Shown: piece after piece, positions 29,960 to 44,992 of the stretch
Position numbering within the stretch: position 1 is the stretch's first letter
How the letters are laid out: the number at the start of each line of letters is the position of its first letter
From: the human T2T-CHM13v2.0 reference genome, Homo sapiens
NCBI RefSeq assembly: GCF_009914755.1
Contig: NC_060927.1
Strand: one strand, 5' to 3'
DNA: 64,000 bases
Notes under the pieces: generated by a model
What the model was told of the DNA's origin: nothing
The model's database searches: none
The model's input: only the letters and a program-made list of their open reading frames with translations
Translations under genes and position numbers: made by a program

Positions 29960-30930
29960 TAATTCATCATTAAGTTCTATCTATTTTTCTCTCATACATA
30001 CCTCTCAAGTCTGTCTATTTCTTTCAACTATATCTGCAAACACTCAGCCTATTCTACCAAGCTGCCACCTCTCTTGGCTGGGCAGCTGCTGAAATCTCAG
30101 TACTGGTGTTTCTGCTTCCACCCCTGCTTTCCTGCATTCAGTGGGATGGCCTGGGGGCTGTCTTATGCAGACTCTCAAGAGCCAATTGTGTCCATCCCTT
30201 TCCAGCTCCACGTTCAGTGACAAGTTTCTAGCTTGAAATTGGCCATGGAAAGAGTATTTAGACGACATGCATTGGGAAATGCTACAAATTGGGGCTTTTT
30301 AATACATGTTTTACTAGATAGCTAATCGTTAAACATTTACTGATGCCTCACTGCTTATAATTCATTCTCCATATAGCTGTAACAGTAATATTTTTAAATC
30401 ATAAATTATATCAAGTCATTCCTCTGCTTTAAAACTGACAGTGACATGCTATAAGTTCCAAATTACTTAGATCCTCTGGATCCTAGGATTGTCTGACCTC
30501 AGCCTACCCCACACCCTTGCTTTCTTCCACTACCCATTTTACTAAAATCCAGCCAACCTGGGCTGCTTTTTGAGCCTCTAACCTCCCAAGTTTATGGTCT
30601 TTCCATGTCCAGGCTGCTCTTTTCCTGGATCTTTGCATGACTAAGTCGTTCTTACCATTTAGGTCTTATGACAAAGGTTACCGCCTCAGAGAAGTCTTCC
30701 CTGACCACCCTGTCATAAGTTGTTTCTATCATATTGCCTTTTCTTTATAATATTTATTATATGAAATGTTGCATATATCTTTGCTTTCCATCTCTTCATT
30801 ATAATGTGCACTTTGTAAGAACAAGGGTCATACCTTCTAGTTCGTTTGGCTATATTACTGCATCTAAAAGAATGCCTGGTACAAAATGGCAATTCAACAA
30901 ATTTATCGAATTAATTAATAATTAGATGGA
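29960..30930 (+). mobile_element. L2 remnant
   Basis: cctcagagaagtcttccctgaccaccct...tgcctggtacaaaatggcaattcaacaaattt. Confidence 0.7.
30139..30354. mobile_element. MER63-like hAT element inside the L2
   Basis: cagtg...gagccaattgtg...cagtgac...agcttgaaattggccatgg...gttaaacatttac...cactg. Confidence 0.7.
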
Positions 30931-32104
30931 TGTATGTAATTCACAAAGATGCAGTATAATATCTGACATAACTATTTATTTTAATAGATGAATGAAAGAG
31001 TGAAACATTAAATATATCAGTTTAAGCACTATTGAAATATCATTTGAATCTTATCCTATCCTCTACTTATGTATCTATAATAACCCTGAAGGGGAACAAC
31101 CATGCCCAGTGATCATGGTGAGAAGCTTGTGGTTGGAAGCTTGGGAAATGCCTTTCAATTTCCTGGGGGAAAATTTTAAGATAGCCACAGAACTTTAATC
31201 TCATGTTATTGATTCTGCAAACTTGGGGGTTTTAGAGGCTGAAATAATCTGTGCCCTGAAGTTTAGGCTGTTTTGTTACCTAAAACATTATTTTTAAGAA
31301 CTCTGTTTTAGTTTTGAATTGAGACAGGAGATTTTTTTTTAAAGTGTCTTATAAGAATATGCATATTTTTAAAAAAGCATTTAGAATCTCCATAAGATTT
31401 CATGACATTCATCTCACTTTTGCTGCTTTAATGAGTTTGATGAAAGCTAAAATGCACACTGCAGTAGATTTTGGAATATAACCCCATGATCCATTGAACC
31501 ATCCAGATATAGAAAGAGTGTATCAACGTCCAGGAATGTGAGCCTTGCCCCTCACTCTAATGTTGTCCACTTTTGACAACATTAGACCACTCACTCTTTG
31601 ATGCATTCCTCACCCACTGTTCCTCCCTTAGGAAAATTCCCTTCTGACTTGCAACTTTGGCTGGACTCACTCTCTGTCAACATCTGCCACTTTAACATTG
31701 AAGAAAATAAACTCCCTCCGGGGTGCTCTCTCCCCGCCTTGCACAGTGACCTACACTTCCATCATTTTTAATGTGGAAAGTTTTTTGTCATTGAGGTACT
31801 TGGAACCTATCACAAAGTCTGTCATTGCCACTAATATTGTTTTCATTGTTTTAAAATAACAAAATAGAAGAAAAAGCATCTGCTTTGCGACAGATGGGCA
31901 TGTTAATCTTAGTTTAAAAGACTGCAGAAAACCCTAAAATTTTACAGACTTTTCTGAGATTTTTGACTGATACAGATCCACTTATCTAGTTGAAATACAG
32001 ACTAGATTTGGCAAGATATTGGTATACAAGGAATATTTCCTTATATATTTTGTTACTCATTTATCTCTGACCCTATGACTTGGAAATGCAAGTCATGGCT
32101 GTTG

Positions 32105-32883
32105 TTAAGAATGTAAATCAATACAGTCATTATGAAAAAACACTATGGAGGTTCCTTAGAAAATTAAAAATAGAACTACCATATGATCCAGCAATTCCAT
32201 ATCCCAAGAAAATGAAATTAGTATGTCAAACAGGTAACTTGCACACCCATGTTCATTGCTTCATTCACAATAACCAAGATATGAAATCAACCTAAGTGTC
32301 CATCAGTGGATGAATAAAGAAAATGTGGCATATACACACAATGGAATACTATTTAGCCTTAGAAAAAGAAATTTTGTCACTTGCAATACATGAATTAACC
32401 TGGAAGGCATTATGCTCATTGAAATAAGCTAGGAACAGAAAGACAAATATTGCATGATCTCACTTAAATGTAGAATCTAGAAAAGTCGGATTCATGGAAG
32501 CAAAGAGTAGAATTGTGGTTACCAGGGGCTGATGATGGGGTGGAGATTGGGGAGATGTGGGTTAAAGGATACAAAAATTTGTGAATACAAAATTCAGTTA
32601 GATAGGAGTAATAAACTCAGGAGATCTATTGTAAAACATGGTGATTATAGTTAGTAACAATGTGTTATATAGTTGAAAATCACTGAGAGTAGACCTTAAA
32701 TGCCTCTGTCACAAAAAAATAAGTATGTGAGGTAACAGATATGTTAATTATCTTGACTTAGCCATTTCACAATGAATTCGTATATTGAAACATCATGTTG
32801 TACCCCATAATCATATATAATTTTTGTCAGCCAAAAGAAAAAAAGAAGAAAGAAGAAAGAAGAAAGAAAGAAAGAAAGAAAGG
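32105..32883 (+). mobile_element. L1MA-type 3' end with (GAAA)n tail
   Basis: LWRFLRKLKIELPYDPAIP and L1MA 3'UTR motifs. Confidence 0.88.
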
Positions 32884-33099
32884 GAACTGATTCAATTAAC
32901 AGTAAAAAATGAAAAAAGTCATGACCAGAGACTTAAAGTGTTTATTCTCTAAAAGTTAGAACTCAGTATTCAGCATACAAACATTGCTGGTCAGGGAAAC
33001 TGGAATATTGATTTCAATATTTTTAAAGTTCAGATATCCATGATACTTTTTTCTTCTATCTCTGATTAAAGACAACATCAGTAGTAAATGCTTAGATAG

Positions 33100-33475
33100 C
33101 ATTAGTGTGTTCTCACACTGCTATGAGTAAATACCAGAGACTGGGTAATTTATAAAGGAAAGAGGTTTAACTGACTCACAGTTCTGAATTGCTAGGGAGG
33201 CCTCAGGAAACTTACAGTCATGGCGGAAGTCAAAGGAGAAGCAGACACCATCTTCACAGGTCAGCGGGACAGAGGAGTGCAAGCAGGGGAAATGCCAGAC
33301 ACTTATAAAACGATCAGATCTCATGAGGCTGACTCACCATCAGGAGAACAGCATGGGGGAAACCGCCCCCATGAACCAATTACCTCCACCCTTGGTCCTG
33401 CCCTTGACACATGGGGATTATGGGGATTACAATTCAAGATGAAAATTTGGGTGGGGACACAGCCAAACCATATCA
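33100..33475 (-). mobile_element. MSTA/THE1D solo LTR
   Basis: attagtgtgttctcacactgct...gccaaaccatatca; TSD gatag/gatgg. Confidence 0.9.
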
Positions 33476-33479
33476 GATG

Positions 33480-33722
33480 GTATTTACTATGCCAGTTCAT
33501 TGCTCTGAGTGCTTTGCATAGATTCATAATATTATCCTCCCAGTAATTCTATCAAGTAGGTACTACTACTGTTCCCATTTGCAAATGGGAAAACTGAGAG
33601 TCACAGAGTTTAATTAACTTGCCCAATATCACACAGCTATTAGGTAGGGTATCTAGATTTGAACCTAGACACTTGAGGTTCAGAGCCCCTGCTCCCCTGT
33701 TTAAGCACGATGCAATCCTGCC
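33480..33722 (-). mobile_element. MIR
   Basis: cccatttgcaaatgggaaaactgag...taacttgcccaatatcacacagct. Confidence 0.8.
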
Positions 33723-34429
33723 TCCGAAAAGTTGGCTATGCTACCTAGTGCAAAATGGAGCAAGAGATTGTAGAATACTTACACTTCCATGCTCTGTTAA
33801 TCTGGACTCTTGTGTTCTCAGGACTCAAAGATACAATGGAAAAAGCTTTAGATTGAGAATAAAAGGACCATGATTCTATTCCTGAAGTTTCTACTAACTT
33901 ATCTTCTGACCTGTACAATCAGAAAGTCAGTTATTCATCTGTGAAGTGAGAGGGTTGAACTAGAGCATCAGTGTTCAAACTCTGCTCCTGGAAAGCTTGG
34001 GATTTTGCAGAGGTATGGCAGGGTCTGCTTTTCAGATAAGGGAGTGCCAGGGATGAAGAGTTCCTTCTTGACATTGGGAAGTGTTCCTTCTTTTTGCCTT
34101 CTGTCATGTTTTATCTTATTGAATGGGTTCAAAATAGATCTTGAAGAGGCAGTGTTTAAATCTGAAGCCACCTCCTTTATTACAATCCCTTCTAGCAGTC
34201 TGGCCTTTCTTTCCGGTGTCTATTAATTAATCTGATAATTTTATCACCTACCAGCAAGAGCTAAGGGTGGCTTCAGAATAGCATGCTTTTTCATGGACCT
34301 TTGGAAAGACTGTTCTTGCTTTCTTGTTCAAACTTTCTGACTCTAATGATAAAACCTGAAGCTAAATGGAATAGGGAGGTATTTTTATAGCAACCAAGAA
34401 GGGTCTTTCAAATTATAGCACATAAATGG

Positions 34430-34801
34430 TGTATTCTGTTCTCACACTGCTAATAAAGACATACCTGAGACTGAGTAATTTATAAAGGAAAGAGATTTAA
34501 TGGACTCACAGTTCCTCATGGCTGGGGAGACCTCACAATCATGGCAGAAAGCAAGGAGGAGCAAGTCACATCTTACATGATGGCTGCAAGGAAAGAGAGA
34601 GAATGAGAACTAAGCGAAAAGGGTTTCCTCTTATAAAACCATCAGATCTCATGAGACTTATTCATTACTATGAGAACAGTATGGGGGAAACTGCTCCCAT
34701 GATTCAATTATCTCCCATCGAGTCCCTCCCACAATATATGAGAATTATGGGAGCTACAATTCACGATGAGATTTGGGTGGGGACATAGCCAAACCATATC
34801 A
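34430..34801 (-). mobile_element. THE1 (B/C-like) solo LTR
   Basis: tgctaataaagacatacctgagactg...gccaaaccatatca; perfect TSD aatgg. Confidence 0.92.
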
Positions 34802-35179
34802 AATGGCTACCCATTCGATCTGTACATGTTCCAAATGTGTGGTCATAAACACATGCATGTGCACACATGCATGCAAACAATGCAGCTAAGTATTTTGCTC
34901 TTTACTCATTATAAGGAACACATATATACACAAATGCACACTTCTTTTCCTACTAGCTCATGGTGATCCCATCCGCCTTTATCCATGATACTCATCAGCA
35001 GACCCACCCTAGTTAGGTTCATGTATAAAGCACTTGGGTTACTACCTTACACTGTAATACAAAAGGAAAAACAGTTATATAAGAGGTATTTATTAAGAAG
35101 ATGAGACAGAATTCCCTATTCTGAATCTATCAATCACAGCCACTTTAATAACTTAATATGCATCTCAGGGTAGTAAAAT

Positions 35180-36470
35180 TTGTTTTATTATTATTTTTTA
35201 TTTGTATAGATTTAGAGGTACAGGTGAAGTTGTGTTGCATGGATAAATTGTGTAGTTGTGAAGTCTGGGCCTTTAGCATACCCATCACCCAAATAGTGTA
35301 CATTGTACCAAATAGGTAGTATTTCATCTCTCACTCCCCTCCCACCTGTCCACCTATTGGAGTCTCTAATGATTATTATTCTAATTTGTATGTCCATGTG
35401 TACCCATTATTTAGCACCCACTTATAAGTGAGAACGTGTGGCTTCTGACTTTCTTCTTCTGAGTCATTAGGCTAGCGGCCTCTAGTTCCATCCACGTTGC
35501 TGCAGAAGACATAATTTCATTCTTTTTTATGGCCAAGTAATATTCCATGGCATCTATATACCACATTTTAAATCCAATCATTTGTTGGTGGACACTTAGG
35601 TTGATTCCAGACTTTGCCATTGTGAACAGTGCTTTGGTAAACGTATGACTGCAAGTGTCTTTTTGATAGAATAATTTATTTTCCTTTGGGTAGATACCCA
35701 GCAGTGGGATTGCTGGATTAAATAGTAATTCTATTTTTAGCTGTTTGAGAAATCTCCAAACTGCTTTCCAAAGAGATTGAACTTATTTTCATTCCCACCA
35801 ACAGTGTAGACGTGTTCTCTTTTCTCCATATCCACTCCAACATCTGTTGTTTTTTGACTTTTTACTAACAACCATTCTGACTGGTGTGAGATCATATCTC
35901 ACTGCAGTTTTAGTTTGCATTTCTTTGATGACTGGTGATGTTTAGCATTTTTTTCACATTTGTTGGCTGCTTATATATCTTCCTTAAAAAAGTTCTGTTC
36001 ATATCCTTTCCTCACTTTTTAATAGGGTTATTTGTTTTTGCTTGTTGAGTTATTTGAATTTCTTATAGATTATGAATATCAGCCCTTTGATTGATAAACT
36101 GTTTGCATTTTTTCCATTCTGTAGGTTATCTGTTTAATCTGTTGATTATTTCTTTTGCTGTTCAGAAGGCTTTTAGTTTAAGTTACATTTGTCTATTTTC
36201 ATTTTTGTTATGTTTCCTTTTAAGGACTTAGTAACAAGTTCTTTGCCTAGACCAATGCACAGAAAATTTTTCTTTGGTTTTCTTCTAAGATTTTTTATAG
36301 ATTCAGGTCTTACATTTATGTCTTTAATCCATCTTGAGTTAATTTGTGTATATGGTGAGACAAAGGGGTCCAGTATTACTCTTCTGCATATGGTTCTCCA
36401 TTTGTTCGTGTCATCTGTGACTTCTTTCATCAGTGTTCTGGAGTTCTCCATGTAGAGGTCTTTCACCTTC
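35180..36470 (-). mobile_element. L1PB4-like 5'-truncated element with internal deletion
   Basis: tacccatcacccaaatagtgtacattgtacc 3'UTR and ORF2 C-terminal fragments. Confidence 0.88.
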
Positions 36471-37074
36471 AGGAGATATAATTTGAAGGGCAACCAGAAT
36501 TCTCTTTAGCCCCATCATATATGTAAAATATCCTACTACTAGATATAATTTTAGGTTTATCTTTTTAGAGGATACATATCTTGGGGGATTTTAATACACT
36601 AAGACTGGTTACCTTTCAGTTACATCTTAGCTGAATGGAATTAAGATAATTTCTTTCTACTGAATAAACTGTTTAAGGTAACAAGGACTTCATGCCACAC
36701 GACTTATATCTCCTATGTAAAGTCCCACCAAGAAATTTGTTCAGATGTTTCAAGAATCAGTGTCTGGAAACACTTGCTTCCCTTAGATACACTGTTTTGC
36801 CTCTTTATAGGAAAAGTGAAATGTGTAAATGATTAGTTTAGTAGCAATAAGGACTTTTCTCTGTTTTCACTTTCCCATAAGCTTTGACCTTCTATGTATA
36901 TATAAGTGAAGTATTAAACTCCCCTTATTCATTTCTAGGTTCATTATCCTATAGTACATGGAATCCAAGGAAGAATTGATCTCCTTATCCCTGTGAATCA
37001 TCCAGATGTTAACTGCTTCTCAGCATCATGTCCTCCTCGAGATCAATTTGGGAAACTCCTCCCATGGCAAAGAC

Positions 37075-37400
37075 AGCTAGTTGTCTATAATTTGTTTCCT
37101 CCTTTTCCTTAGCCCCAGACCCTTGATTTTTAGCTAGGTAAATGTCTATCTATAATAAAGACCCCATTTTCCAGACTTCCTTGCTGCAGGTGTACACATG
37201 TGACTAAATCCTAGATGATGAGATGTAAGCTGAAATTGTGTGTGCAACTTCTAAGAAATGTTTCTAAAAACAGCAGCCACACTTTTCTTTGTGGTTGTCT
37301 TCTTCCTATTAGAATACAGATGAAATGTCAAGGATTCTAGCAGCCAGCTTCAACAATAAGATGACCTTGAGAAGGTAAACTACCTATAGAAAGTGACAAA
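37075..37400. mobile_element. LTR33-like ERVL LTR fragment
   Basis: tttccagacttccttgc...catgtgactaaatcct...atgagatgtaagc. Confidence 0.55.
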
Positions 37401-38897
37401 AAATAGTACTTATCTCAAAGATACATGTAAATAATAATGAGAAAATGCCTAAGATGTATTTAGATAGTGGTTGTCACATAAAAGTTATTCAATAAACATT
37501 TATTGATTTTGATTTAGACTGAATTCTGATTTTGAGGTGAGGGCTATGAATTTGTGTGTGTGTGTGTGTGTGTGTTTCAACACTTATCCATTTGACATCA
37601 GATGAACTGAGCATCAGGACCTTAATTTGCACTCAAGTTACCAGACCACATCCACTGGACTATGTGAAAGTTAATCCTAGACTCTCCTGGTAGAAGTTTC
37701 CAGACATTCTATTCGATGGGCTAGATCAGATTTGGAGAAATCTAGGGGAATGGAGGATAGATCTTAAGGGAGACCAGCCTTTGAGTCTGGGAGAGCTAAG
37801 TTAAGTTTTAAATAACAAAGGCCTAAATAATACAGAGCTTAAAGGAGACAAACATTTTTTTCTTTTATTTGAGGGTTAGTGTAGCCACATTTAAGGACCT
37901 GATTAGATATTTTGAACAAACTGCTATCCTTCTCCTTAATTTCTGAGACATTGCAATAGGGATGTCTCTCTTGCAATTAAATTCATTTTCTTGGATATGA
38001 TTATTAATCAATTTTTAAATTTTTTTCTATTTAAAAAATGTACTCTCATAAACTCCTTCAATCATTGGTGAAATAAGGCAGGGGATAACAATACAAATAA
38101 AATTAGGTCTGAGAAACTGTAAAATTACTGGGGGCATGGTGAGAGAAAGAAGACTTTTTGGAAGCTTAGTTGATAATATCTGATCAGTGAAACTGAGTGG
38201 GGTTCCCTGAGGGCAGCATGAAGATACTGGCCTAGTTGTCAGGAGACTCCAGACATGGAAGGTCCCTAGCCCAAGGGAAGGCCCTTGGGCTAGTTCTGCC
38301 AGTCTCACTATTGCCTCTCTCAATTGGGCTGTCAGATTTTTCTTTTTTTTTTCTGTATTAATGAGAATTATCATAATACAATACCTGTGACAGATCTTTA
38401 ATATTTACTGAGTGCCAGCGTGGTACAGATGTGCAGAGATGTTTAAAAGGAAAGAACAGGTTTTCCCAGTTTCCTATTGTGAAGGTCATTTCACTTGTTT
38501 AGACTTAAAGAAAAATAATGGTGTATATTTTAACAAGCTTTCTCTTCAAAATGAATGTACAATGTGGGAATTTTAGTGAGCACTTAAGGACAGACAAAAA
38601 TGATAATCACAGGAGGAGAAAGCATAAAAATGAAGCAGGTTCATCAGGTAATAGAAATCATTGTGTTTACTTACTTCTTTCTGAAGTCTAGACAGGTCAA
38701 TCTATTCTGTGCTCTGCAAAGTATTGAGAATCTGTGATTCTCAATTTTATTCTCTGTAAAATAAAATGAAAACTAAGGATAACCTGAAAGTGAAAAGAAT
38801 TTGTGGGTAGGGTATAGGAAGAATCTGCAATCCCCAAATGTTGTGCCTTAGTGAAAGGTGCCTAGGTTAATTCCATGCTGCATACACATTCAAAAAA

Positions 38898-38932
<35 letters not shown>

Positions 38933-38959
38933 CATTGGCCTCCTTTGTACTAGGTGAGG

Positions 38960-39200
38960 GTATCAGAAGTCAACTTAGGCTAGATTAAGAAAAACAAAAG
39001 GGAGAGTTATTGTAAGAAAGTAGGAATATTGCATGGAAATTAAGGACAGGAATGAAGCTGGGCTTCAGGAAATCACAGCTCACAGCTAACACATTCCTAT
39101 GTTGTAGTTCCATGCACTTGTGGATGGCTGCCTCATTGGCCAAAGTACAAATCTCAGGAGAGAGAAATTGAGCAGTTTGAATCAATGGCCAGAAGTGAGG
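38960..39200 (-). mobile_element. Old MLT1-type LTR fragment
   Basis: aacttaggctagattaagaaaaa...ttattgtaaga...ctgggcttcaggaa. Confidence 0.4.
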
Positions 39201-40145
39201 GACATTAGGGGATGTAGTAAAATAGGGCTGTGAGAGGCCTGCTTTGTTATATTAATGGGGGACCAGAGAAGGTGAGTTAGCCTGTGGTCTAGGCAGGGAC
39301 CTCGTAAGGTAAACTACTGTGATAAATTTTTGCTCAGCCCCAAAGAACCTGCTTAACTCCCTGTATGTAATCTGAAACAAAGTAGTAAATAAAAATAGAT
39401 TTTTCATTTACCTCTTGTGTATTCTTCAAGTAACATCTTGCAAATCCTGCTGCTTTAAGTCAGCATAAAGGAATAGATGCTTCGATTAATTTGGTATATT
39501 CGCTTTGGAGAGGAAATTGTGAACTGCCTGATCTTTCTGTATTTTGAGGATTTAACACTAGGTAAATTTAAAGCAAATGAGTAACTGAAGACGGACAATT
39601 TATTTTCATCGATGTTTTAAAGCAGTAGGGCCTGTGATGCATGTGTTTGTAACCCATCCTTGACATCCAGGGACAGGCCTAGGATTTCCCATAGCAGTTT
39701 CCCTGTCATCAAACAACTTCTGAGGCCACATTGAATGAAAGAAGAAAATTGGCAGAGAATATCTAGTCACCTTGTGGGTGTATTTACAAAAAGAGTGATT
39801 GATTGGCCTATATTTGCAAAATATAAATCTTGCAAAAGAATTCCTCAGCCATCTTTGGATTGCCTGTGTTTGACGCTGAAAGCTCAGAGTCAATCTCTAG
39901 ATTCATTGAAATGATGGAAGCAACTGCAGAGGCAGTATTTGCACATCTGATCGTGTCAGCTGAGTATTCTGGAATCTGGAGAAATGGCACTCTGATCAAT
40001 GTGCAGAAAACCAGCATCTTCAGGCAAGCTGAGAGCAAATCTTGGAGATGCTGTTGATGCTGTTTTTTTTGTCACTCACAGATTATTCTTGGATGTGAGA
40101 CTCACTACAATTAAGACTGAAATAGTTTCCATTAACCAATATGTG

Positions 40146-41610
40146 TATATATATATATATATATTTTTTTTTTTTAAATTATACTTTAAGTTCTAGGGTA
40201 CATATGCACAACATGCAGGTTTGTTACATATGTATACATGTGCCATGTTGGTTTGCTGCACCCATTAACTCGTCATTTACATTAGATATTTCTCCTAATG
40301 CTATCCCTCCCCCATCCTCCCAACCCATGACAGGCCCTGGTGTGTGATGTTCCCCACCCTGTGTCCAAGTGTTCTCATTGTTCAGTTCCCACCTATGAGT
40401 GAGAACATGTGGTGGTTGGTTTTCTGTCCTTGCAATAGTTTCCTCAGAATGATGGTTTCCAGCTTCATCCATGTCCCTACAAAGGATATGAACTCATCCT
40501 TTTTTATGGCTGCATAGTATTCCATGGTGTATATGTGCCACGTTTTCTTAATCCATTCTATCACTGATGGACATTTGGGTTGGTTCCAAGTCTTTGCTAT
40601 TGTGAATAGTGCTGCAATAAACATACGTGTGCATGTGTCTTTATAGTAACATGATTTCTAATCCTTTGGGTATATACCCAGTAATAGGATTGCTGGGTCA
40701 AATGGTATTTCTAGTTCTAGATCCTTAAGGAATCGCCACACCATCTTCCACAATGGTTGAACCAGTTTATATTCCCACCAACAGTGTAAAAGCAGTCCTA
40801 TTTCTCCACATCCTCTCCAGCACCTGTTGTTTCCTGACTTTTTAATGATTACCATTCTAACTGGCATGAGATGGTATCTCATTGTGGTTTTGATTTGCAT
40901 TTCTCCGATGGCCAGTGATAATGAGCATTTTTTCATGTGTCTGTTGGCTGCATGAATGTCTTCTTTTGAAAAGTGTCTGTTCATATCCTTTGCCCACTTT
41001 TTGATGGGTTTGTTTGATTTTTTTCTTGTAAATTTGTTTAAGTTGTTTGTAGATTCTGGATATTAGCCCTTTGCCAGATGAGTAGATTGCAAAAATTTTC
41101 TCCCATTCTGTAGGTTGCCTGTTCACTCTGATGGTAGTTTCTTTTGCTGTGCAGAAGCTCTTTAGTTTAATTAGATCCCATTTGTCAATTCTGGCTTTTG
41201 TTGCCATTACTTTTGGTGTTTTAGACATGAAGTCCTTGCCCATGCCCATGTCGTGAGTGATATTGCCTAGGTTTTTTTCTAGGGTTTTTATGGTTTTAGG
41301 TCTAACATGTAAGTCTTTAATCCATCTTGAATTAATTTTTGTATAAGGTATAAGGAAGGGATCCAGTTTCAGCTTTCTACGTAGGGCTAGCCAGTTTTCC
41401 CAGCACCATTTATTAAATAGGGAATCCTTTCCCCATTTCTTGTTTTTGTCAGGTTTGTCAAAGATCAGATGGTTGTAGATGTGTGGTATTATCTGTGAGG
41501 GCTCTGTTCTGTTCCATTGGTCTATATCTCTGTTTTGGTACCAGTACCATGCTGTTTTGGTTACTGTAGTGTTGTAGTATAGTTTGAAGTCAGGTAGTGT
41601 GATGCCTCCA
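40146..41610 (-). mobile_element. L1PA5/6-like 5'-truncated element
   Basis: ttatactttaagttctagggtac 3' end; ORF2 C-terminal ORFs at 40382-41249; tail partly (TA)n. Confidence 0.95.
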
Positions 41611-41770
41611 AAATAGAGAATTGGTGATGGTGATGGTCTAAATTAATTGCACATAGGACAACCAGGGTACTGTAGAAATACCACTTACCACTTTAAATTC
41701 AGGCAAATTATTGTGTGTCAAGAAATATTAAATGGAATATAGCCTATCCACTCCCTAAATATATTAAAAC

Positions 41771-41823
<53 letters not shown>

Positions 41824-41850
41824 ATTGTGTGTTTGTGTGTGTGTGTGTGT
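41771..41850. repeat. (ATCT)13 STR followed by imperfect (TG)n
   Basis: Direct reading. Confidence 0.95.
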
Positions 41851-42438
41851 GGTGTGTTCAAAAAATCAACTGGGACAATTCTAAAAAGAATATTAATCTT
41901 TTAAAAATAATAAACTAGGTGATGTTAATTTGTTTAAGAATAATGTAAGTAGTTTTTAGTGGATTCACAGGAAACAACATTTCATCTTACCTTCTGAAAC
42001 TATTAGAGATTGATTAAAAAACTAACATCTTAAAGGAAAATAATATAGTTATTTTTTGGAATAGTATCTTTTGGATTTTGTCTTGTTTTGCATTTAATTG
42101 ACTTTACATTAAAATGCCCATGAACAATTAAGGTTTCATGAAAAAGAAAATTTTACTAGATTTTAGTCCGGTGAAATTACAATAAAAATTTATAAGACTC
42201 ATAAGACACAGGTAAGGAAAGGATAAAAATTCATTCAAGGGTAACATCAGTAACAATGTGGTGATGTGGTCAGGATAACTTTAAAGTTGTTTCTTAAGGT
42301 GCATGTGTTGAGTAGGGGAGAGGCTATACGTTTTTCTTAACCTAAATGGCAAATACAAATCATTTTCTGTATCTTTCTGCATTGTGTTAAAATAATATCT
42401 TGACAATCTTGCTATTCTGAAAGTAACAAAATAGTATA

Positions 42439-42764
<326 letters not shown>

Positions 42765-43701
42765 CAAAAGAGCATATTTTTATTTATTTGATATATTCCA
42801 TTTGGAGACTGAATTTATGACATGAGATTTATAGTCATAGTCCATTAAGATTTTTTATATGAAATATTCTAAAACCTTTACTTTCTTCAGAGACAGGTAG
42901 TAAGCTGTTAAACTAAAAACATGACTAAACTAATTTCATATATGCTCAGAATCTATTTTTACTTTGCAATTTCTCTACCATATTACCCAATCTCTTTCTC
43001 CTTTTCCCTCTACATATTTCCTTTTCCTTCCTTCAACTCATGCATTATTGAAACTTAACAAAGCGCAAATGAACAAATGTCTGGCTTTAAATGTAATTGA
43101 GAATTCCTATTTTTTCTCAACTTTATACATATGCATATCCTGTCATCAGAGAATGATTTCATCATATTGGTTGCCTCCAGAACTCACAGTACTCTTACAC
43201 CCAAATTTGTTGTTGGCTCAGCATGGTCCCTGGAATAAGAATTCTTTGCATTCTAATTCCAGATATTGATTGACCATGTGTTACTTTGGGAACAACAGCT
43301 GACTTCTTTCCTTAGTAAGATAATGAGAAAATTACTGACCTCCTCTCCAGAGAGGTTTGGCAAATAGAGGATTACAAAATGCTTTGCATTAGAAGTGCTA
43401 AATATTCTTCTAAGTGCTTTCATTTTTCTTGGCATAGCAGTGTTCATTTATGGACCATTTTATGGGAAGGCTTTAACCAGGAAGTACATGTGACTATGTT
43501 TAGTCACTGCAAACATCTGTACATTCAAGAGGATCTGACTAAAAGGGAGTTCTAGAACTACAAACATAGCCTGACAGCCTGACCATGTGCCTGTAAATGA
43601 GGACACCAAGAGCTCCCATTCCATGTTTTCCAGATGGGCTCACTCTTGAGCTATAAGACCTGCAACTTAGCCATTCTGAATCGTTGCCTACTCACTGTTA
43701 G

Positions 43702-44242
<541 letters not shown>

Positions 44243-44522
44243 CTGAATTTTTAAATGGAAGTGTGTGTTTCCATCGCATTTGTTTTCCTGACAGTTCAGG
44301 TGGTATGAGGTTTCCCCAGGCCAGCTGCAGCCCACTTGCCCTTGGCTCCCTGCTTCTCTGTGGTGCATCTTCCTAGCCTCCTCATAGCTTAAGGGTTTTC
44401 AAGCACACTGAGTTTGTGTTAGTAAAATATTTAGTTGCACTAGAATCTACAACTTGCAAAGGTCCTCCAGCAGAACTGAGAAGAAATTATTGTAAAAAGA
44501 TGACTACCTCCCCTCTTTAAAG

Positions 44523-44536
44523 ACACACACACACAA

Positions 44537-44569
<33 letters not shown>
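44523..44569. repeat. (CA)n(GA)n compound microsatellite
   Basis: Direct reading. Confidence 0.9.
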
Positions 44570-44749
44570 ACTGGAGAACTGCCACATATCTAGTGAAGGG
44601 TGTAGCTGTTACTACACTTAGCTCCTCCACGCTCACTCTAGCACCATGTATAACTACATTCTAAGACCTGTTTTAAGGCCACCATGTGATTCTGTATGGA
44701 CTTCAGCCTGCCCAACTACACCTTTGCTCAGACCCTTTCTAGGTACTCA

Positions 44750-44992
44750 CTAGGTTCATTTGCTCTCCCTCAACTGTTTGGTGAGTACCTTCTCTGTGAT
44801 AACACAACTCAAGGTAACAGGAAGAAACACAGTTAAAATCCCTTCCTTTATGGAATTTGAACTGTAGATTTGGAGACTCTGTTTTTGAACCTGTAAGTTA
44901 CAGTACAACTTCAGATAGTAACAAGTGTCAAGAATAAAATAAGCTGGGGAAAGAGAGTTATAGAGTTAGAGTTGTCAGGGAAGGTCTCTCTT
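44750..44992 (-). mobile_element. L2 fragment
   Basis: cattt...caactgtttggtgagtacct...gtcagggaaggtctctct. Confidence 0.55.

Noticed and set aside
36805-38800. IRF/PRDM1-like GAAAGTGAAA motifs near 36.81, 36.87 and 38.79 kb
   Set aside because: Short A-rich motifs are expected by chance at this base composition.
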